Assembly (NCBI GenBank): GCA_048772705.1
Contig: JBLWGC010000200.1
Location: 1-35,510 of the forward strand
Reading direction: 5' to 3'
DNA length: 35,510 nt
Origin: Leidyana gryllorum EB-2025a
Taxonomy: Eukaryota > Protista > Apicomplexa
Shown: piece by piece, positions 10,002 to 19,836 of the stretch
How the letters are laid out: each line of letters opens with the position of its first letter
Position numbering within the stretch: position 1 is the first letter of the stretch
Made by a program: the position numbers and the translations under genes
The notes under the pieces: model-generated
The model's database searches: none
What the model was told of the DNA's origin: nothing
What the model saw: only the letters and a program-made list of their open reading frames with translations

Positions 10002-10169
10002 CGAACACCATCCTGTTCAATCTTGTACGTGATGACAGCCATTTCTTATAAGCCTATCGATTCATCATGCCAGCGAGAGAGTTTTCCATTGGACCACAGA
10101 TGCCGAACACCATCCTGTTCAATCTTGTACGTGATGACAGCCATTTCTTATAAGCCTATCGATGCATCA
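9966..10169. repeat. 102-bp tandem duplication
   Basis: 9966-10067 repeated at 10068-10169 almost exactly. Confidence 0.92.
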
Positions 10170-10170
10170 A

Positions 10171-10243
10171 AGCCTTCTGCCGGAATCGAACCGGCGAATT
10201 CTCGCTTACGAAGCGAACGCTCTGCCCCCTAAGCTAAGAAGGC
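10171..10243 (-). tRNA. tRNA-Thr(CGT)
   Basis: Near-identical to 4424-4495. Confidence 0.82.
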
Positions 10244-10318
10244 GATGTAAGCCGGGTATAACGAAAAATCGCTATCGACGGAGATCAGTGGAGCACTTTG
10301 CTCGAGTAGTTAAATGAC

Positions 10319-10391
10319 TTCCACTGTCGGGACTTGAACCCGGAGCGTGCGGGTGAGAGCCGCATATCCTAGCTACTTAGACTACAGTGGA
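10319..10391 (-). tRNA. tRNA-Glu(CTC)
   Basis: TCCACTG/CAGTGGA stem, CT-CTC-AC loop. Confidence 0.8.
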
Positions 10392-10536
10392 CGACTCACT
10401 CAGCTGCAGCTTGAGCCGAGAGCCGTACCCTCTTAACAAGACCTGGTCTGTCGGGTCAACCTACAACAAAGGGATTGCAGAATCCTGCAGTAGAAAGTGG
10501 AGGGTCTCTCTACTGACCTCTGAAACATTGTGAGCG

Positions 10537-10609
10537 AGTCTTGTAGCTTAGTCGCCAGAGCGTGTGGCTGTTAACCACGAAGTCGCAGGTTCAAAACCTG
10601 CCAGGACCG
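10537..10609 (+). tRNA. tRNA-Asn(GTT), variant
   Basis: CT-GTT-AA loop; D-arm and acceptor substitutions. Confidence 0.7.
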
Positions 10610-10742
10610 GCTTCAGAGGTACCCTAGACATAGACTGCGGTACTGGGAACTCCGCGCCTGCTCTGAAGATGACCTAAAACGCTCGAAGATGTTGTTCTCC
10701 GTCCTGAGCACAATGCATGAGTGTGGAGCGCGGCATAATTTT

Positions 10743-10816
10743 GAGCCTATGGCGGAACGTACGCGCCTGACTCCAGCTTAGCAAATTGGGTCTTCGAATC
10801 CCTCTATCAGACCTCA
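10743..10816 (+). pseudogene. tRNA-Trp(CCA) remnant
   Basis: CT-CCA-G loop; similar to 16844-16913. Confidence 0.5.
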
Positions 10817-10983
10817 TGTTCTTCCCGTATGCGGCGCAATTTGACAAGAGTGGAAGTCGGGTCGACGCCCTTCCAGCGCTGCGCCGTCTACAGCTGTCCG
10901 CCAGTGTCTAAATGGCTCTGATTTTTTATTCCAGCTCTGGGGGATCCAGCATCCGCGTCGATGCCACCTGTCGTCGCAGAAGG

Positions 10984-11057
10984 GGTCGCGTAGCTCAGTT
11001 GGTTAGAGCGTGAGCCTAATAAGCTGAAGGCCCCAGGTTCGAGCCCGGGCGTGACCA
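10984..11057 (+). tRNA. tRNA-Ile(AAT)
   Basis: Homolog of 3401-3474, a few mismatches. Confidence 0.8.
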
Positions 11058-11280
11058 AGTGAGTGGATATCTGATAAAGATTCGCCCTGGACTCGAGGAA
11101 GCCCCAATATTCTGCGACCAATACGGAAGGGATTTGTTACCAGGTCCGAGCTTCCCTGCCGCGCCAGCTCCGTCGGCAGAGCGCAAGAGTTGCAATGGAG
11201 GGTTCGGGGCGAGCGGTCCGAGTCAAGCTTGCTGAACCGTATGTGAAGCCACTGTCTGCGGCATGCCGAGTTCGACCGTT

Positions 11281-11362
11281 GGCAACTTGCCCGAGTGGTT
11301 AAGGGGGTAGACTCGAAATCTACTGGGCCTGACCCGCGCTGGTTCGAATCCAGCAGTTGTCG
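11281..11362 (+). tRNA. tRNA-Ser(CGA)
   Basis: Intact, CT-CGA-AA loop, GTTCGAATC. Confidence 0.9.
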
Positions 11363-11426
11363 TGCGATGTGATCGGAGGGTCAAACACCAACTCACGCAT
11401 AAAACTCAACCATGTGCTATCTCCTC

Positions 11427-11497
11427 TGCATCTGCCGGGAATCGAACCCGGGTCGTCTCGATGGCAACGAGACATTCTACCACTAGACCACAGATGC
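11427..11497 (-). tRNA. tRNA-Gly(GCC)
   Basis: Intact, TT-GCC-AT loop. Confidence 0.92.
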
Positions 11498-11593
11498 ATG
11501 ACTCGTTGTTGTTCAAGCTCGTGCACAATAACGGCCGTTTTGCTTCAAACGAGAAGACAGAATCTAGCTGAGCGAGTATGACGGGTGTTTTGT

Positions 11594-11665
11594 GGGTACG
11601 TAGCTCAGTGGTAGAGCAGCTGACTGCAGATCAGCAAGTCCGTGGTTCAACTCCGCGCGTGCCCT
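11594..11665 (+). tRNA. tRNA-Cys(GCA)
   Basis: Intact, CT-GCA-GA loop. Confidence 0.88.
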
Positions 11666-11815
11666 AAAGATGACCTGAAGGTTGAAGATGTTGGAAATAC
11701 ATCCCTGACCACATGCCAATGAGTCTGAAGTCGGTGGACAATTTTGGGTGTGTGGCGGACGGTGGGGTGCAGAAATCGCCCGAGTGTCTCGGGGTGCTGC
11801 AACTCTTTCGGAATT

Positions 11816-11886
11816 GCACTTGTGGTCTAAGGGTAAGATGCGACCCTTCCAAGGTCGTAACCCGGGTTCGAGTCCCGGCAGGTGCA
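11816..11886 (+). tRNA. tRNA-Gly(TCC)
   Basis: Intact. Confidence 0.9.
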
Positions 11887-11956
11887 GCCGTATGTAGCTC
11901 GAACCACCTGTCTATCAGTGAAGAGAGGGGACTACCTACCAAAACAATACAACGGC

Positions 11957-12036
11957 TGACAAGAGTGGGATTCGAACCCACGCCCTTTCGGACTGCGGCC
12001 TGAACACAGCGCCTTAGACCACTCGGCCATCTTGCC
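11957..12036 (-). tRNA. tRNA-Leu(CAG)
   Basis: Intact. Confidence 0.92.
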
Positions 12037-12196
12037 GGAGCGTTCTTGGCTCGCCACTTTACACGTTTTCTGTCCGTGAAGTTCTCGAGAAGGAAGACTT
12101 CTAGGGTTGAAGACGCGGAAGACGCGGGTTCGATGCCCTGTCTCGAAGACAGCACGTTTCCTCGCTTTGGGTGGAGCTCACTTCACATGTTCGAGC

Positions 12197-12269
12197 TACA
12201 GCCACCGAGGATCGAACTCGGGACCTTCGGCGTGTTAAGCAGAAGTCGTAACCACTAGACCATGGCTGC
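12197..12269 (-). tRNA. tRNA-Val(AAC)
   Basis: TT-AAC-AC loop, one anticodon-stem mismatch. Confidence 0.8.
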
Positions 12270-12409
12270 ACGGACCTTCCGGGCTGTGAAAGGGGCGTGT
12301 GTCTTTGGACACACGTATCCGATGAGCCCGTTCGTCGTCGCTTGACCCGACGCTCCACCTGATCTCAATTCGGTACGGCTCTCGTCCAAAGCCTCAACTC
12401 GGGCACTTG

Positions 12410-12475
12410 TCCACTAAGTGGTTAGGATATGCGGCTCTCACCCGCACGATCCGGCTTCAAGTCCCGACAGTGGAA
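12410..12475 (+). pseudogene. tRNA-Glu(CTC) with 5' deletion
   Basis: About 7 nt missing after TCCACT. Confidence 0.7.
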
Positions 12476-12543
12476 GCTACTGGAGCAAAGTGCTCCAGCA
12501 ATCTCCGTCAATAGTGTCTGATTCGTGATCTTCGGCTTGCATT

Positions 12544-12615
12544 GCCTTCTTAGCTTAGGGGCAGAGCATTCGCTTAGTAAGCGAAAGGTCGCCGGTTCGA
12601 TTCCGGCAGAAGGCT
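12544..12615 (+). tRNA. tRNA-Thr(AGT)
   Basis: Intact. Confidence 0.9.
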
Positions 12616-12854
12616 TTACTGCATGACTGGGCACCTGCAAAGCTTAAGTCTCTCAAGCTCCATTCATCTTAGCCGAACCTCGTAGCTCAGCCACCAGAGG
12701 GTAAGTCTCTTAGCCACGAAGTCGCAGACTGGCTCCTGCCAGTACCTGAGGCACCCACTAGCCCAACGCACTTCGGTAGGGCAGTCAGGGCAACTAAGAT
12801 CTCGAGAATCGCATTTCGGCTACTTCTTACATGTTGCAGACTGAGCAGTGACTG

Positions 12855-12926
12855 AGCAGTGTTGCTCAGTGGAAGAGTGTTGGGCTTCTAACTCAAAGGT
12901 CCGTCGATCGAAAGGACGCACTGCTA
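12855..12926 (+). pseudogene. initiator tRNA-Met-derived (anticodon reads TCT)
   Basis: Body matches 15007-15078; several substitutions. Confidence 0.7.
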
Positions 12927-12975
12927 GATGTGCGCAAAAGGGAGACAGCTTCAGAATAGATCGGCTTGTGTGCAA

Positions 12976-13047
12976 AGCCTTCTGCCGGAATCGAACCGGC
13001 GACCTTTCGCTCACTGAGCGAATGCTCTGCCCTTAAGCTATGAAGGC
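12976..13047 (-). pseudogene. tRNA-Thr(AGT), degenerate
   Basis: Anticodon loop, D and acceptor substitutions. Confidence 0.7.
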
Positions 13048-13135
13048 AATGTTAGCTGGAGATCACGCATCAGTCACTATTGACTGACTGAAGTTACTGG
13101 AGCACATTGCACGGGTTCAATGACTTACATACAGC

Positions 13136-13204
13136 TGCACCTGCCGGGACTCGAACCCGGGTTGCGAAATTTGAAGGGGCATCTTACCCAAAGACCACAA
13201 GTGC
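13136..13204 (-). pseudogene. tRNA-Gly(TCC)-derived
   Basis: Acceptor and T arm kept, anticodon arm decayed. Confidence 0.65.
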
Positions 13205-13413
13205 AATTGCGCTGCAGCACCCCGAGAGACTCGGGCAATTTCTGCGACGAGCACCTACTCAAAGACACTGTTCCGGAATCGAGTCAAGCACTTTCTCCAG
13301 GCGAAGGAAACTCATACCACGAGCACTTCAGCCCCGCATGCGGGGCAGTGGATCCCCATACAGCTAGCAAGCTTGCCTCGGTCGAAACGAAACGTCTCCC
13401 GAGTGAGAGGCTA

Positions 13414-13486
13414 TGATGCGGACGGGACTCGAACCCACAACTCCCGGTTCCGAAGACCGATGCCCTCTCCATTAGGCCACCGCACC
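13414..13486 (-). tRNA. tRNA-Arg(TCG)
   Basis: Homolog of 1068-1141. Confidence 0.82.
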
Positions 13487-13586
13487 ATGGATAGGCTTCG
13501 GTCATCTCGCTACTGGTTGGGTGAAAGAGGAGACACCTCGGGGCAGCCCGCTTTCGTCCCACTCAAAAGTCGGATGCGTCCCGAAT

Positions 13587-13659
13587 GCGGTTGTGGCGGA
13601 ATGGATAGCGCGTTGCCGTCCTAAGGCAAAGGTTGAGGGTTCGAGTCCCTCCAGCCGTT
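13587..13659 (+). tRNA. tRNA-Arg(CCT)
   Basis: TTGCC-GT-CCT-AA-GGCAA arm, GTTCGAGTC. Confidence 0.78.
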
Positions 13660-13774
13660 TCCTGCGTGCCTTCGTTTGTGCAAAGTGGAGCACAAACTGG
13701 TGAAAGTGATCGATGGAGTTAGGAGATTGGTCATACCATGTAAAAAGAACTGGATGTACTGGGGGTTGCTGAAT

Positions 13775-13842
13775 GGGCGATCAAATGGTAGAGCGCTCGC
13801 TTAGCATGCGAGAGGTACTGGGATCGATGCCCAGGTCGTCCA
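13775..13842 (+). pseudogene. tRNA-Ala(AGC) with 5-nt deletion
   Basis: About 5 nt missing after GGGCGA. Confidence 0.75.
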
Positions 13843-13957
13843 AAGTACGTACGGCTGCACGTGGCGGGATCCAAACCACCTTACATCTTTGAAGGGTCGC
13901 AGACCACAAGTGCCATTGGGAGAGCAGCGCAGTCAATGTTTAGGGTGCCTCTGAAAG

Positions 13958-14030
13958 CGGACCTGGCAGGTTTCGAACCTGCGACTTTGTGGTTAACAGC
14001 CACACGCTCTGCCGACTGAGCTACAAGACC
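13958..14030 (-). tRNA. tRNA-Asn(GTT)
   Basis: Near-intact cloverleaf. Confidence 0.82.
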
Positions 14031-14159
14031 CAGCTACAATGTTTCAGAGGTTAATATAGGAACCCTCCTCTTGCTGGCGAAGGATTCTGCAACCCCTTAT
14101 GGTCAGGAATGTTGGTTTAACATCTTCCAGCGTTTCATCTCAACTTCAGGGCGCCTCGT

Positions 14160-14231
14160 GGGTACGTAACTCAGTGGTAGAGCATTTGACTGCAGATCAG
14201 CAAGTCGGTGGTTCAACTTCGCGCGTGCCTC
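14160..14231 (+). pseudogene. tRNA-Cys(GCA), degenerate
   Basis: Homolog of 11594-11665 with stem mismatches. Confidence 0.7.
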
Positions 14232-14314
14232 TCATACTCGCCAACTTCACCCTGTATTCTCATTCGAAGCAAAACGGCCGTTATTGTGTACGAGCTCCAA
14301 CAACAAGGTGTTAC

Positions 14315-14385
14315 GCATCTGTGGTCTAGTGGTAGAATGTTTCGTTGCCATCGAGACGACCCGGGTTCGATTCCCGGCAGATGCA
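14315..14385 (+). tRNA. tRNA-Gly(GCC)
   Basis: Intact. Confidence 0.9.
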
Positions 14386-14450
14386 GAGGAGATAGCACAT
14401 GGTTGAGTTTTATGCGTGAGTTGGTGTTTGACCCCTCCCATGACATAGCA

Positions 14451-14532
14451 CGACAACTGCTGGATTTGAACCAGCCCGGGTCAGGCTCAGTAGATTTCTA
14501 GTCTACCCCCTTAAACACTCGGGCAAGTTGCC
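14451..14532 (-). tRNA. tRNA-Ser(AGA)
   Basis: Homolog of 16560-16641, a few substitutions. Confidence 0.78.
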
Positions 14533-14738
14533 TACTGTCGAATTCGACATGCCACGAGGAGTGACCAAATGCCCCCATGTTCAGCCTGTCCTGCGGCATT
14601 GATAGGTGTCTCGCCTGCCAAGTCACCGCTCTACCACTTGAGATAGCCGCCCACCCGCCAAACCTAGGTGAACTTCCCATCTGAGACCGACTCACAGTTC
14701 TCTGGCGCCTCATTCGTCAGTGCAACTGTTGTGACTCG

Positions 14739-14811
14739 TCCCCTGTAGTCTAAGTGGCTAGGATATGCGGCTTTCACCCGCACGATCCGGGTTCAAATCC
14801 CGGCAGTGGAA
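14739..14811 (+). tRNA. tRNA-Glu(TTC)
   Basis: CT-TTC-AC loop; one acceptor mismatch. Confidence 0.82.
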
Positions 14812-14887
14812 GTCATTAGAGTACTCGATCAAAGTGCTCTGATAACTTGCGTAAATAGGGACTGATGCGTGATTCCCGGCTTGCATT

Positions 14888-14959
14888 GCCTTCTTAGCTT
14901 AGGGGCAGAGCATTCGCTTAGTAAGCGAAAGGTCGCCGGTTCGATTCCGGCAGAAGGCT
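14888..14959 (+). tRNA. tRNA-Thr(AGT)
   Basis: Intact. Confidence 0.9.
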
Positions 14960-15006
14960 TGCTCACGAGCCAATCTATCCTACAACTGTTCCCTTCTGCG
15001 CACACT

Positions 15007-15078
15007 TAGCAGTGCGTCGTTTCGATCGACGGACCTTTGGGTTATGAGCCCAACACTCTTCCACTGAGCTACACTGCT
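15007..15078 (-). tRNA. initiator tRNA-Met(CAT)
   Basis: A1:U72 pair, GGG/CCC anticodon stem, GATCGAAAC T-loop. Confidence 0.92.
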
Positions 15079-15204
15079 TATTCTGCAACATGTCAGAGGT
15101 AGCCGAAATGCGATTCTCGAGAGATTAGTTGCGCTGACTGCCCTACCGAAGTGGGCTGTGTTGGTTCTGAGGGCAACATGTCCGGTCAAGTCAAACGACC
15201 AATA

Positions 15205-15274
15205 GGGCTGTTCTGGAATCGAACCCAGGACTCCTTCCACTCTGAGGAAAGATTATACCAGCAGAGCAACAGCC
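15205..15274 (-). pseudogene. tRNA-Pro remnant
   Basis: Homologous to Pro(AGG) copies, decayed. Confidence 0.6.
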
Positions 15275-15360
15275 GAATACTTGGGTGCATGCAACCGCAT
15301 ATACAAATGGGGATTCGAAACTACTGTGGCCCTTGCAGCTTTTTTGGGGATGATCGCCGT

Positions 15361-15444
15361 TGCACAGAATGGGATTCGAACCCGTGCAGACTTGCGCATA
15401 CCAGAACTTGAGTCTGGCCCCTCAGACCACTCGGGCATCTGTGC
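15361..15444 (-). tRNA. tRNA-Leu(CAA)
   Basis: GCACAGA/TCTGTGC stem, CT-CAA-GT loop, long variable arm. Confidence 0.8.
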
Positions 15445-15720
15445 ATTACTTTCCTTCTGAGTTCCAAAGTGTTAATGGCTTCCGTTGCGACCGCCGATGT
15501 CGTTCTGGCTGCGGTGTGCCGCCCCGAAGTACTCTTACGGCCCGGGGTGCTTAGATGGTAACGTATCTGACTGTAGTGGTGGCATCAGATATTCCACGAG
15601 TAAATTCCGTCCCACCCGAAGTTGAGGAGTGGACTTCTTGCAACGCAGCTCGTCTGACGCTCCTGTTCCATCCTATCCTGATCGATGCTTCGCTACCTCT
15701 ACAGCCTCGCTCAAAGATTT

Positions 15721-15780
15721 GTCCGAGTCGTCTAGTGGTTAGGACAGCACGTTGTGGCCGTGGAAACCCAGGCTCGGACA
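15721..15780 (+). pseudogene. tRNA-His(GTG), T arm partly deleted
   Basis: GTCCGAG/CTCGGAC stem, TT-GTG-GC loop, no TTCG loop. Confidence 0.65.
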
Positions 15781-15873
15781 ACCAGTCTAAAGTGCATTGC
15801 AATTCCCCTCCAAACCTCTCAGATCCTTATCGAGACTGAGAGACCAGTCAGAAAAGCTTAAGTGCGTGAGCAA

Positions 15874-15944
15874 AGCCTTCTGCCGGAATCGAACCGGCGA
15901 CCTTTCGCTTACTAAGCGAATGCTCTGCCCCAAGCTAAGAAAGC
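15874..15944 (-). tRNA. tRNA-Thr(AGT)
   Basis: Near-identical to 14888 copy, 1-nt deletion. Confidence 0.78.
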
Positions 15945-16072
15945 AATGTTAACTGGACATCACGAATGAGTCCCTATTGACGGAAGTTACTGAAGCACAT
16001 TGTTCCACCACTCAATACTTCCACTGCTCCACCCAACGGTAAATAGGGTATAGCTCAGTTTAGAGCTTCGTT

Positions 16073-16145
16073 GCCGCCCTAGCTCAGTCTCTAGAGCCCA
16101 AGACTTTCAATCTTGCAGTCGCGGGTTCGAGCCCCGCGGGCGGTG
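16073..16145 (+). pseudogene. tRNA-Lys body with TTC anticodon
   Basis: Body matches 18350-18422; D-loop GG lost. Confidence 0.68.
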
Positions 16146-16194
16146 CAAATCAATGTCTCTGGAAGCCGTTACCTACAACCACACTCTGCTGGAT

Positions 16195-16267
16195 TTCCAC
16201 TCCCGGGACTTGAACCCGGATCGTGCGGGTGAAAGCCCCATATCCTAGCCACTTAGACTACAGTGGA
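16195..16267 (-). tRNA. tRNA-Glu(TTC), variant
   Basis: Homolog of 14739 with stem mismatches. Confidence 0.72.
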
Positions 16268-16559
16268 CGCGTGGTTGAGTTGGGGCTTCGGCCGAGAGCC
16301 GTACCGTCTTGGAAAAAATGGTATGTCGGGGTGATCAAGTGAGTGGATCTCTGATACAGATTCGGACTTAGTAACCAACTCTATTTGTATTGATCATGGA
16401 ATCTTGGGCCTTCCCCGGGTACAGGGCGAGCTTCCTTGCCGCCCCAACTCCGTCGGTGGAGCGCAAGACTTTTGATGGGAGAACCGCGGGTTCGGGGGGG
16501 CGCGAGCAGTGCTGAAGCGTATGCGAAGCCACTGGCTGCAAAATGCCAAGTTCGACAGC

Positions 16560-16641
16560 GGCAACTTGCCCGAGTGGTTAAGGGGGTAGACTAGAAATCT
16601 ACTGGGCCTGGCCCGCGCTGGTTCAAATCCAGCAGTTGTTG
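16560..16641 (+). tRNA. tRNA-Ser(AGA)
   Basis: Near intact. Confidence 0.88.
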
Positions 16642-16717
16642 TGCGATGTGGTTGGAGGGGTAAACACCAACTGAGGCATGAATTTCTGGAATGATGGAAA
16701 AACAACAGTGTGTCCTC

Positions 16718-16788
16718 TGCATATGCCGGGAATCGAACCCGGGTCGTCTCGATGGCAACGAGACATTCTACCACTAGACCACAGATGC
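16718..16788 (-). tRNA. tRNA-Gly(GCC)
   Basis: One acceptor mismatch. Confidence 0.85.
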
Positions 16789-16843
16789 GTGACACCTCCA
16801 TTCCTGACCACCAAGTGATGAGTCTGGAGCGGGGGATGGTTTT

Positions 16844-16913
16844 GGGCCTATGGCCAACGTACCGCGTCTGACTCCAGATCAGAAGGTTGGGTTTTCGAAT
16901 CACTATGGGCTCA
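16844..16913 (+). pseudogene. tRNA-Trp(CCA), degenerate
   Basis: TCTGA-CT-CCA-GA-TCAGA arm; D and T arms damaged. Confidence 0.65.
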
Positions 16914-16948
16914 ATCAGACTCTTTTTTTTCCCGTATGAGGCTCAACC

Positions 16949-17028
16949 TGAAAAGAGTGGGATTTGGACCCACGCCCTTTCAAACTGCGACTTGAATACA
17001 GCGCCTTGGACCCCTCAGCCATCTTATC
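16949..17028 (-). pseudogene. tRNA-Leu remnant
   Basis: Decayed homolog of Leu(CAG) copies. Confidence 0.55.
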
Positions 17029-17230
17029 AGCTCGGTTCCTGTCCCGCTACTCCAAGCGTTCCCTGTCTGTTGAAGCTAGAGAATGGAAAAGCTGGGCTCT
17101 GAGGTTGGGGCGTGCCTCCGACATGGTATCAAAGTTATATTTCCGCCTGCCACGCCAACGATCGGGTGGGTACCAGCTCTGAACGCATTCATTTCCAATC
17201 CCAATGGCTTCATACACTCTTATAATTCTT

Positions 17231-17296
17231 GGTCGTGAATGGTTAACACTGGAGACTTTGAATCTCCCGACCTGGGTTCGATTCCCGGCGCGACCT
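17231..17296 (+). pseudogene. tRNA-Gln(TTG), 5' deletion
   Basis: GGAGA-CT-TTG-AA-TCTCC arm, GTTCGATTC. Confidence 0.68.
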
Positions 17297-17356
17297 CGCA
17301 ACTAGTTCTACTTCTTGAAACTTCGCAACTTCTCTTGGTCTGCGGAAAGCTTTCAT

Positions 17357-17429
17357 GCAGTCATGGTCTAGTGGTTACGACGTCTGCTTAACACGCAGAA
17401 GGTCCCGAGTTCGATCCCAGGTGGCTGTA
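17357..17429 (+). tRNA. tRNA-Val(AAC)
   Basis: TT-AAC-AC loop; T-stem mismatch. Confidence 0.8.
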
Positions 17430-17586
17430 GCTCGAATCTTTGAAGAGTGCCACCCAAAGCGAGGAAACGTGCTGTCTTCGAGACAGGGCATCGAACCCGC
17501 GTCTTCCGCGTCTTCAACCCTAGAAGCCTTCCTTCTGAGAACTTCACGGACAGAAAACGTGTAAAGTGGCGAGCCAAGAACGCTCC

Positions 17587-17666
17587 GGCAAGATGGCCGA
17601 GTGGTCTAAGGCGCTGTGTTCAGGCCGCAGTCCGAAAGGGCGTGGGTTCGAATCCCACTCTTGTCA
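17587..17666 (+). tRNA. tRNA-Leu(CAG)
   Basis: Intact. Confidence 0.92.
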
Positions 17667-17776
17667 GCCGTTGTAGTCAGGACAACCTGCGACTGGATCC
17701 CAGCACTGCCCGCCGTGCACGTAGCACCCGGCTAACTTTCGTCGTTACAACTGACACATGATTCTCCCGCTAAGTT

Positions 17777-17837
17777 GCCTTCTTAGCTTAGGGGCAGAGG
17801 GTTCGCTTAGTAAGCGAAAGGTCGCCGATTCGTTTCC
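17777..17837 (+). pseudogene. tRNA-Thr(AGT), 3' truncated
   Basis: Homology ends in the T arm. Confidence 0.7.
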
Positions 17838-17869
17838 TTCCCAGGGAAGGTGTAACCAGTTACACTCTC

Positions 17870-17951
17870 GGCAAGGTGGCCGAGCGGTTAAAACGGCGGC
17901 CTGCTAAGCCGTTGGGTTTCAACCGCGTGAGTTCGAATCTCACCCTTGTCG
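17870..17951 (+). tRNA. tRNA-Ser(GCT)
   Basis: GGCAAGG/CCTTGTC stem, CT-GCT-AA loop, variable arm. Confidence 0.75.
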
Positions 17952-18064
17952 GTAGCATTCGGGGAGAGCGCAACTGCTTCAATGATTGAAATGAGGTTTC
18001 TGCCAGACTCGAACTCGCTCCACGCTGGACGCTATACCAAGTCAATTGTACTGTCTGATGCACC

Positions 18065-18136
18065 GGCTGTTTGGTCTAGTGGTATGATTGTTTCTTCGGG
18101 TGGAAGAAGTCCTGAGTTCGATTCCCAGAACAGCCC
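18065..18136 (+). tRNA. tRNA-Pro(CGG), variant
   Basis: Homolog of 4640 with a few mismatches. Confidence 0.75.
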
Positions 18137-18216
18137 GCTTTGTTGTTGGCTGACTCGGCAAAACACGTCATCTCAAGATGGTACGGCTCTCCCCAAACCC
18201 TCAACTCGGGCACTTG

Positions 18217-18289
18217 TCCACTGTAGTCTGACTGGCTAGGATATGCGGCTCTCACCCGCACGATCCGGGTTCAAGTCTCGGCAGTGGAA
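18217..18289 (+). tRNA. tRNA-Glu(CTC)
   Basis: Near intact. Confidence 0.83.
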
Positions 18290-18349
18290 ATCCAGCTGAG
18301 TGTGCTTGTGGGCAACAGTTCCATTCTTACTTTTAGGGATATAGATCCA

Positions 18350-18422
18350 CACCGCCCGCGGGGCTTGAACCCGCGACTGCAAGATTAAGAGTCTTGCGCT
18401 CTACCGACTGAGCTAGGGCGGC
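18350..18422 (-). tRNA. tRNA-Lys(CTT)
   Basis: Intact, CT-CTT-AA loop. Confidence 0.9.
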
Positions 18423-18654
18423 AAGAAAGCAAGGACACAAAGCCCGACAGCCTGACAACTAAAGTGGCTTTGGTACCCACCAGCCTCAGCAAGTTGTGGC
18501 CGTGCATACCCAGCCCCGAATCCTGGCTTGGATAGTATGTCCCCGATGTCTCGAATGGGAGATGTGGGCGAAGTCTGTCCACACCCACCATCGGGCGTAG
18601 CTGCCCATGTCCTGTCTTGATCGCTACACACTTCCATTTGACAGCTCCGCTAGT

Positions 18655-18727
18655 GGCGCTATGGCCTAATGGATATGGCATCGGTCTACGGAACCGGGGA
18701 TTCTGGGTTCGAGTCCCAGTAGCGTCT
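18655..18727 (+). tRNA. tRNA-Arg(ACG)
   Basis: Intact. Confidence 0.9.
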
Positions 18728-18828
18728 GGACGAATGGCCGGGTTGCAGCCTGTTGAGTCAACAACTCAGATCCTGTCTTAGCTGTCCGTGATGGGTCGAG
18801 TGCCGTGTTGGGTCAACAACTATCAGAC

Positions 18829-18900
18829 GGGCTGTTCTGGGAATCGAACCCAGGACTCCTTCCACCCTAACGAAGGATCATACCACTAAACCAAACAGCC
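18829..18900 (-). tRNA. tRNA-Pro(AGG), variant
   Basis: TT-AGG-GT loop, minor mismatches. Confidence 0.78.
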
Positions 18901-18989
18901 GCCTAGCCGGTGGTTCAACCCGCTGAGTACAGTTGAGAGAGTGGTCATACTATGTTGAGAACCAACAAATGCGATGGGGTCTGCACCAC

Positions 18990-19062
18990 GGGCGACTAGC
19001 TCAAATGGTAAAGCGCTCGCTTAGCATGCGAGAGGTACTGGGATCGATGCCCAGGTCGTCCA
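18990..19062 (+). tRNA. tRNA-Ala(AGC)
   Basis: One D-stem substitution vs 436-508. Confidence 0.87.
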
Positions 19063-19179
19063 AAGTACGTACGGCTGCACGTGGCCGCAGTCAGACCCAT
19101 CGCTACCATCTTTGAAGAGTCGCGAACCACAAGTGCCATTGGGAGAGCACCGCACTCAATGTCTAGGGTGCATCTGAAG

Positions 19180-19252
19180 CCGGTTCTGTTAGGTTCCGGA
19201 CCTCCGAGTTTGTCATCAAAAGCCACACGCTCTGCCGACTGAGCTACAAGAC
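19180..19252 (-). pseudogene. tRNA-Asn remnant
   Basis: 5' half matches Asn copies; 3' half decayed. Confidence 0.55.
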
Positions 19253-19387
19253 CCCTTACAATGTTTCTGAGCTTAGTGGAGAGACCCTCCACTTTCTACT
19301 GCAACCCCTTTGTTGTAGGTTGACCCGACGGACCACCTCTTGTTAAGAGGGTACGGTTCTCATCCGAAACCTCAATTGGGGAACTTG

Positions 19388-19460
19388 CCCACTGTAGTCT
19401 AAGTGGCTAGGACAAGCGGCTCTCACTCGCACGATCCGGGTTCAAGTCCCGGCAGTGGAA
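19388..19460 (+). tRNA. tRNA-Glu(CTC), variant
   Basis: CT-CTC-AC loop, few substitutions. Confidence 0.75.
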
Positions 19461-19536
19461 GTCCTTGGACTACTCGAGCAAAGTGGTCCAGTAATCTCCG
19501 TCATTAGAGACTGTTTCGTGATCTTCGGCTTGCATT

Positions 19537-19608
19537 GCCTTCTTAGCTTAGGGGCAGAGCGTTCGCTTAGTAAGCGAAAGGTCGCCGGTTCGATTCCGGC
19601 AGAAGGCT
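19537..19608 (+). tRNA. tRNA-Thr(AGT)
   Basis: Intact. Confidence 0.9.
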
Positions 19609-19655
19609 TTGCTCACGAGACGATCTATTCTAAATGTTTCCCTTTTGCGCACACT

Positions 19656-19727
19656 TAGCAATGAGTCGTTTCGATCGAGTGACCTTTGGGTTACGAGCCC
19701 ACCACTCTTCCACTGAGCTACACTGCT
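19656..19727 (-). pseudogene. initiator tRNA-Met-derived (anticodon CGT)
   Basis: Body matches 15007-15078 with substitutions. Confidence 0.7.
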
Positions 19728-19836
19728 CGGTCTGGAACATGGAAGAGGGAGCCGAAATGCGATTCTTGAGATGCTGACGAGGTGGCTGTGTTAGTTTTAA
19801 AACTGCTTATCCCATCGGGTCAACCGACAACCAAGA

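Noticed and set aside
12855-12926. Amber suppressor tRNA (CTA visible in the loop) able to read the E1 TAG
   Set aside because: Alignment with iMet puts TCT, not CTA, at positions 34-36, and the copy is degenerate
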